From NCBI GenBank assembly GCA_005777155.1, contig SXNM01000318.1, positions 1 through 59,353 of the forward strand: 59,353 nucleotides of DNA, given 5' to 3'. Shown here piece by piece: positions 55,486 through 59,353 of the stretch (position 1 is the first letter of the stretch; the number at the start of each line of letters is the position of its first letter). The notes under the pieces are model-generated. The model was not told where the DNA came from. It saw only the letters and a list, made by a program, of their open reading frames with translations, and made no database searches. This stretch comes from Pseudomonadota bacterium. GTDB lineage: Bacteria; Myxococcota_A; UBA9042. The translations under genes were made by a program, and so were the position numbers.

Positions 55486-55854
55486 ATGGGCCGGCGACTT
55501 TTGCCGATGGAGCGGGTCCATCCAGCGGTGCGTGAGACGGTGGAGCGCCGCTTCGAGGGCACCATCACCGAGGTCGAAAGTGCCATCGCCGCTCACGCGG
55601 TGGTGGTCGTCGGGATGGGCCTCAACCCCCACCCAATGCGGGCGCGGCGAATGCTGCGCGCTGCTGGCATCGCACACCACTACCTCTCTTACGGCTCCTA
55701 CCTCTCGCAGTGGCGGCGACGGACAGCGCTCAAGATGTGGGTCGGCTGGCACACCTTCCCGATGGTTTTCGTGCGGGGTGACTTTGTGGGCGGCGCTGAC
55801 GATTTGCAGCGCCTTATCGCCAGCGGCGAGCTGAGCCCGACCTCGACGCGCTAA
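55486..55854 (+). CDS. Glutaredoxin-fold protein lacking active-site cysteines
   Basis: AGGAGG lies 6 nt upstream of ATG 55486. AVVVVGMGLNPHPMRARRMLRAAGI...GWHTFPMVFVRGDFVGGADDLQRLIASGEL follows the Grx pattern (vv.f.k..CPxC/CGFS.. TvPqvFi.G..iGG.ddl..l...GeL), but LNPHP replaces the Cys motif. Confidence 0.55.
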   Translation: MGRRLLPMERVHPAVRETVERRFEGTITEVESAIAAHAVVVVGMGLNPHPMRARRMLRAAGIAHHYLSYGSYLSQWRRRTALKMWVGWHTFPMVFVRGDFVGGADDLQRLIASGELSPTSTR

Positions 55855-55993
55855 GAGGTGCGTTGCGCGGCCGCCATGGCGCTTGTCGGTCGCTTCACGC
55901 AGGCGAACGGTTCGCCGACCCTTCGCGTGTCGCGCTGGGCGCCGGCTGTCTGCGCTCGGGGGGCCGGTTCTCTCGCAGCGGGGCAGGGTTGCC

Positions 55994-56035
55994 TTGACAG
56001 CGTCGCGGCGCGGGGTTATGATAATGCGCTATCAT
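55994..56035 (+). promoter_or_regulatory. Sigma70-like promoter with overlapping Fur-family box 2
   Basis: TTGACA (55994-55999), 17 nt, TATGAT (56017-56022). Box ATGATAATGCGCTATCAT (56018-56035). Over a 20-nt window it matches box 1 at 14 of 20 positions, by eye. Confidence 0.55.
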
Positions 56036-56047
56036 TACGGAGCGTCC

Positions 56048-57364
56048 GTGACCTGCGCTGTCGTCCATCCCATCGCCGCCGCTGGCTCCGTCCGTGGTCG
56101 CGGGCGCTCGGCGCCGGCGTGGTCTCCGGCGAGGTGGGTCGCGATCTTGCTCTGCCTGGGCCACGCGCCGTGGGCGCTGGCGCAGCCTGTCGCGTTGCCC
56201 GCTGCGGCGACTGGCGACGCGGCAGACCAAGCAGAGTTGGAGCGGGCTCTCTCGCGAGACGCTGACGCAGCGGGTTCGGCTTCTGCAGCCACGCCTGCGC
56301 CGAATCCCGCCGGGCCAGCGGCGTCTGCGACGAACTGGCGCACCATCCTGCCAGACATCTCGCTGATCCTCGATACGGCCCTCGGTGCCTTCATCGGCGC
56401 GCCGCGCCAGACCGGCGCCCATGACCCAGCCCAGAGTGGATTCAACCTGCAGCAGCTGGAGATGCACCTGGAGTCCTCGGTCGATCCGTACCTGGAGCTC
56501 CAGGCCAACTTGGTGTTCGCCCAGTTCGGCGTCGAGGTAGAAGAGGCATACGGACGGACGCTAGCGGCGCCGCTCGGGTTGCAGCTGCGGATGGGCCAAT
56601 TCCTCACTCGAGCTGGCCGCAGCAACCCGACCCACCCGCACGCTTGGCACTTCGCCGACCAGGCCCTCGTCAACGGCAAGTTCTTCGGCGGCGAGGGCCA
56701 GCGCGGGCTAGGCGCGGAGGTCTCGTGGCTCGCACCGCTGCCGTGGGTCGTCGAGCTCATCGCGTCGGCGGCCATGCCCAACGGCGCCTGCTGCGCTCGG
56801 AGCTTCGGCGGCGCTCAGGCCATCAACGTTGGCGGACCGCGCGATCTGGCCTGGAACCTGAGGCTCGAGCAGTTCTTCGACCTGTCGCAGCGCGCGGCGC
56901 TCCTGATCGGCGTCGGCGGCCTAGCGGGCCCGAACAGCACCGGCTTCTGGAATCGGACCGAGATCGCGATCGCCGATGTGATGTTTCGCTGGCGGGACCC
57001 TACCGACGCCCAGCGGCGCGCTGTCACCATCCAACTCGAGCTGATGGGCCGCCGAAGGCAAGTGCCCGGTCGGCTGCTGCGGGACGCTGGTCTGACCGCG
57101 CAAGCTGTCGCTCGGCTCGCGCTGCGTTGGGAGGCCGGGTTGCGCCTGGAGCACGTCCTTGGCGTCGCCGACGATCCGCTTGACCCGTCGTGGAGCCAAG
57201 ATCGGACCCGTTCCACCGCACAGATTACGTTCTATCCGAGTCATTTCTCGCGTCTGCGGGCACAGGTGGCCTGGGACAGGCGCCCCGCTGAGGCCCGCGA
57301 CGGCTTTTCGGCGTTCCTTGCCTTTGAGGCGCTCATCGGCGCCCACGGCGCTCACAGCTACTGA
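56048..57364 (+). CDS. Putative outer-membrane beta-barrel protein of the metal-uptake cluster
   Basis: GTG 56048 has GGAG 6 nt upstream, and the upstream ATGs lie inside the operator. Long signal ending LGHAPWALAQP. Beta-strand-rich, His motifs (THPHAWHF), C-terminal ...IGAHGAHSY. ORF opens at 55883. Confidence 0.55.
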   Translation: MTCAVVHPIAAAGSVRGRGRSAPAWSPARWVAILLCLGHAPWALAQPVALPAAATGDAADQAELERALSRDADAAGSASAATPAPNPAGPAASATNWRTILPDISLILDTALGAFIGAPRQTGAHDPAQSGFNLQQLEMHLESSVDPYLELQANLVFAQFGVEVEEAYGRTLAAPLGLQLRMGQFLTRAGRSNPTHPHAWHFADQALVNGKFFGGEGQRGLGAEVSWLAPLPWVVELIASAAMPNGACCARSFGGAQAINVGGPRDLAWNLRLEQFFDLSQRAALLIGVGGLAGPNSTGFWNRTEIAIADVMFRWRDPTDAQRRAVTIQLELMGRRRQVPGRLLRDAGLTAQAVARLALRWEAGLRLEHVLGVADDPLDPSWSQDRTRSTAQITFYPSHFSRLRAQVAWDRRPAEARDGFSAFLAFEALIGAHGAHSY

Positions 57365-57393
57365 GCTCGCCGGCCGCAGGCCCGGTGATGGTG

Positions 57394-57412
57394 CAATACA
57401 ATGCGTTATAGG
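57394..57412 (+). promoter_or_regulatory. Degenerate third Fur-family-like box upstream of the SBP gene
   Basis: CAATACAATGCGTTATAGG shares the central AATGCG(C/T)TAT with box 2, but the half-sites are weak. Confidence 0.25.
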
Positions 57413-57427
57413 TCGGGTCGGTGCGTA

Positions 57428-58360
57428 ATGATGCAGCTTCTGAGCGGATGCGTGCTGCTGGCGGCGCTGGCGTGGTTGGCGCCGGCAGCGGCGGTGGCGC
57501 CGGGGCCGCCTGCCAAGGTGCGCGTCGTCTGCACCCTGGCCGATCTCGCCGCGTTGGCGCGCGAAGTCGGCGGTCCCGACGTCGAGGTCGTCAACCTCGT
57601 CGATGCTGGCCAGGACGCCCACTACGTCGACGCAAGGCCAAGCCTGATGCTGCCACTGGCACGCGCCGACCTCCTGATAATCAACGGGTTGGAGCTAGAG
57701 ATCGGGTGGCTTCCACCGCTACAGCGCGGGGCACGCAACGCGGCGATTCTGTTCGGCGCGGCGGGCTTCCTCGACGCCAGCACCGCAGTGCGACCTATGC
57801 AAACGCCGGGCACCGTGGCCTCACGGAGCCAGGGTGATGTCCACCCGGCCGGCAACCCGCATTATCTGCACGACGCCCGCGCCGCCGCCGCTGTGGCCCA
57901 GGCCATCGGGCAGCGTCTGGCACAGCTCGATCCCGGTCGAGCGGCGCGCCACCGCGGCAGGGCAGCGGAGGTCTCGGCGGCGCTCTCGGCCTTCGCCGAG
58001 GCCCAGCGCAAGCGCTTCTCGACCCTGCCGGCGGAGCGGCGACGCGTCGTGGTCTACCACCAGTCGCTGGTGTACCTCCTGGACTGGCTGGGCCTTGAGC
58101 AGGCGGCGGCGATCGAGCCTCTGCCGGGGATCCCTCCCAACCCTGGTCACATCGCCAAGGTCTTGGTGACGATGCGGGCGCAGGCTGTTCCGGCGGTGCT
58201 GCAAGAGCCCTACTATCCGCGCAACGCGGCCGAGACCCTCGCCCGGCTGGCGAAGGCCAAGCTGGTGGTGGTCCCGGGCGGCGCTGACGTCGATCGCGGC
58301 GAGTCGTATTTGGTCAGGATTCGCCGCACTGTGGAGGCCATCCATGTCGCCCTCCGCTGA
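57428..58360 (+). CDS. ZnuA/TroA-family metal ABC transporter substrate-binding protein
   Basis: Signal MMQLLSGCVLLAALAWLAPAAA, then VVCTLADLAALAREVGG..V.V..LV..GQDAHY...P......ADLLIINGLELE ... GDVHPAGNPHYLHD. This is the cluster A-I SBP pattern. Confidence 0.82.
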   Translation: MMQLLSGCVLLAALAWLAPAAAVAPGPPAKVRVVCTLADLAALAREVGGPDVEVVNLVDAGQDAHYVDARPSLMLPLARADLLIINGLELEIGWLPPLQRGARNAAILFGAAGFLDASTAVRPMQTPGTVASRSQGDVHPAGNPHYLHDARAAAAVAQAIGQRLAQLDPGRAARHRGRAAEVSAALSAFAEAQRKRFSTLPAERRRVVVYHQSLVYLLDWLGLEQAAAIEPLPGIPPNPGHIAKVLVTMRAQAVPAVLQEPYYPRNAAETLARLAKAKLVVVPGGADVDRGESYLVRIRRTVEAIHVALR

Positions 58361-59234
58361 AGGTCGCTGGCACAGGGTAGGCGGCTGGGCGAGACCACTC
58401 TTGGCGGCCGCGCTGACGTTGGCGTCGATCGGATGCGTCGACGGACCCGGTCACGGTTCGGGGCTGCTGCAGCTGCGCCTAAGCGTTGTCTTCGACCTAC
58501 CCGCCGAACGGCTCGACGCCGAGGGTCGCTGGCAGACCGCGCACGGCTATGCGCTGGCCTTGACCAGCCTCGAATGGACGCCGGCGGCGATCGCCGTGCT
58601 CGGCGCTGAGGCTGTGTCACTCCCCTTCGACCCTGCCAAGCCGCCAGATGGCTACGCCAACTGCCACAACGGCCACTGCCACAAGGCCGACGGGTCTCTG
58701 CCCACCTACGCCGAGATCGCGGCGGAGCTTGGCGGGCAGGCTGCGTCGGAGTCGGGCCTTGAGGCGAGCGCGTCAGCGACGACGCTCGCCTGGACGCAGC
58801 CGAGCTCGTCCCCCCGCGAGGCGGCGCTGGAGGGCTGCGCCGCGGCCGGCTGTGAGCTTGAAGGCGGAAAGCTCGCGGCGCTGCGCATCGACGTCGCTGG
58901 TCTCCGCGTCCGCGGCACAGTGGTCTCTTCGGCGGTGGCGACCGCTGGCACCTTGCCGGCGCAGGGGCTATGGCTTGACGTCGCCGCCGCCGAGCCCTTG
59001 AGCCTGACGGTCGGTCTGCCGCCTGCCGCGAGCGTCCGCGTAGCGCGTGGTGAGGCCTACCTTCGCCGCCTCGACGCCGTGGTGCGGATCGGGGCGGGGT
59101 CGCTCGATGGTGTGTCGATGGCTCACTTGGCCCGTGGCGGCGCCGACGCCGGCGCGGCGAGCGCGCTTGGGGCTGGGCTCCTGGACACCAGCGCGGTCAC
59201 GGTGTCGTTGATTGACCTGCAGGAGGCGCCATGA
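58344..59234 (+). CDS. Hypothetical lipoprotein with CHNGHCH motif, inserted between the SBP and ATPase genes
   Basis: Lipobox LASIGC. DGYANCHNGHCHKADGS is a Cys/His cluster. Overlaps the SBP gene by 17 nt and the next gene by 4 nt. Confidence 0.55.
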   Translation: MSPSAEGRWHRVGGWARPLLAAALTLASIGCVDGPGHGSGLLQLRLSVVFDLPAERLDAEGRWQTAHGYALALTSLEWTPAAIAVLGAEAVSLPFDPAKPPDGYANCHNGHCHKADGSLPTYAEIAAELGGQAASESGLEASASATTLAWTQPSSSPREAALEGCAAAGCELEGGKLAALRIDVAGLRVRGTVVSSAVATAGTLPAQGLWLDVAAAEPLSLTVGLPPAASVRVARGEAYLRRLDAVVRIGAGSLDGVSMAHLARGGADAGAASALGAGLLDTSAVTVSLIDLQEAP

Positions 59235-59353
59235 GCAATGGTCCAGCGACGTTGCTCGCCCTCGAGCGCGCCGTGGTCGGCTACGGCGGCCACGGGCTGT
59301 TGCCGCCCGTCGACCTCGCGCTCGAGGCCGGCGACTGTTGGGCCCTCATCGGC
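59231..59353 (+). CDS. ABC transporter ATP-binding protein (ZnuC-like), N-terminal fragment running off the right edge
   Basis: AGGAGG lies 4 nt upstream of ATG 59231. MSNGPATLLALERAVVGYGGHGLLPPVDLALEAGDCWALIG is the segment that normally precedes Walker A (GPNGxGKS). Not in the ORF track (open at the edge). Confidence 0.65.
   Translation, partial: MSNGPATLLALERAVVGYGGHGLLPPVDLALEAGDCWALIG

Noticed and set aside
55883-56047. Upstream extension of the beta-barrel ORF, including ATG codons at 56018-56026 (MIMRYHYG)
   Set aside because: These ATGs lie inside the Fur-type box and -10 element of the predicted promoter, so they are probably untranscribed or in the 5' UTR. GTG 56048 with GGAG upstream is preferred.

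Overview
Very GC-rich window (about 70% by eye). It looks like Myxococcota chromosome: it has a MYXO-CTERM sorting tail, cysteine-rich-repeat lipoproteins, and many Arg/Ala/Pro-rich antisense ORF artefacts.

Housekeeping blocks:
- A tightly overlapping minus-strand trp operon: TrpR-like, trpE, G, D, C, F, and trpB running off the left edge.
- pgi, yajC-secD-secF, recJ and one tRNA-Met(CAT).
- Assorted transporters (MATE, MFS, Na+/alanine symporter) and redox enzymes (SDR, ALDH, GMC oxidoreductase).

Main second-look items:
1. 13.8-21.6 kb is a decayed islet bracketed by two same-strand IS transposase remnants. It holds a frameshifted partial copy of the SDR gene that lies 6 kb upstream, other gene debris, and two adjacent Hcp-family genes with no other T6SS genes in the window. 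One Hcp gene encodes a consensus twin-arginine signal, an Hcp-like core and a poly-Asp tail of about 20 residues. Both Hcp genes are interrupted by 1-nt indels in G/C homopolymers.
2. 51.4-59.3 kb looks like a metal-responsive divergon. Two near-identical Fur-family boxes (TGATAAT-N4-TATCA) overlap TTGACA-N17 promoters. The genes are a TonB-dependent receptor with a fused N-terminal TonB C-terminal domain, His-rich lipoproteins, a Cys-less glutaredoxin-like protein, a beta-barrel protein and a ZnuA/ZnuC-type ABC importer.
3. An E. coli-like TrpR palindrome (TTGTACTAGTACAA) overlaps the -10 of the promoter in front of the trpR-like first cistron.
4. 22.5-28 kb is a candidate envelope module: a sigma54-like promoter, a DUF2330/MYXO-CTERM protein, a Cys-rich lipoprotein and an O-antigen-ligase-like protein. 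The first two genes are separated by twin hairpin elements with a conserved loop and non-identical stems.

No rRNA, CRISPR array, intact IS or recognisable defence system was found. All calls rest on reading the ORF translations and the nucleotide sequence by eye. No database search was run.
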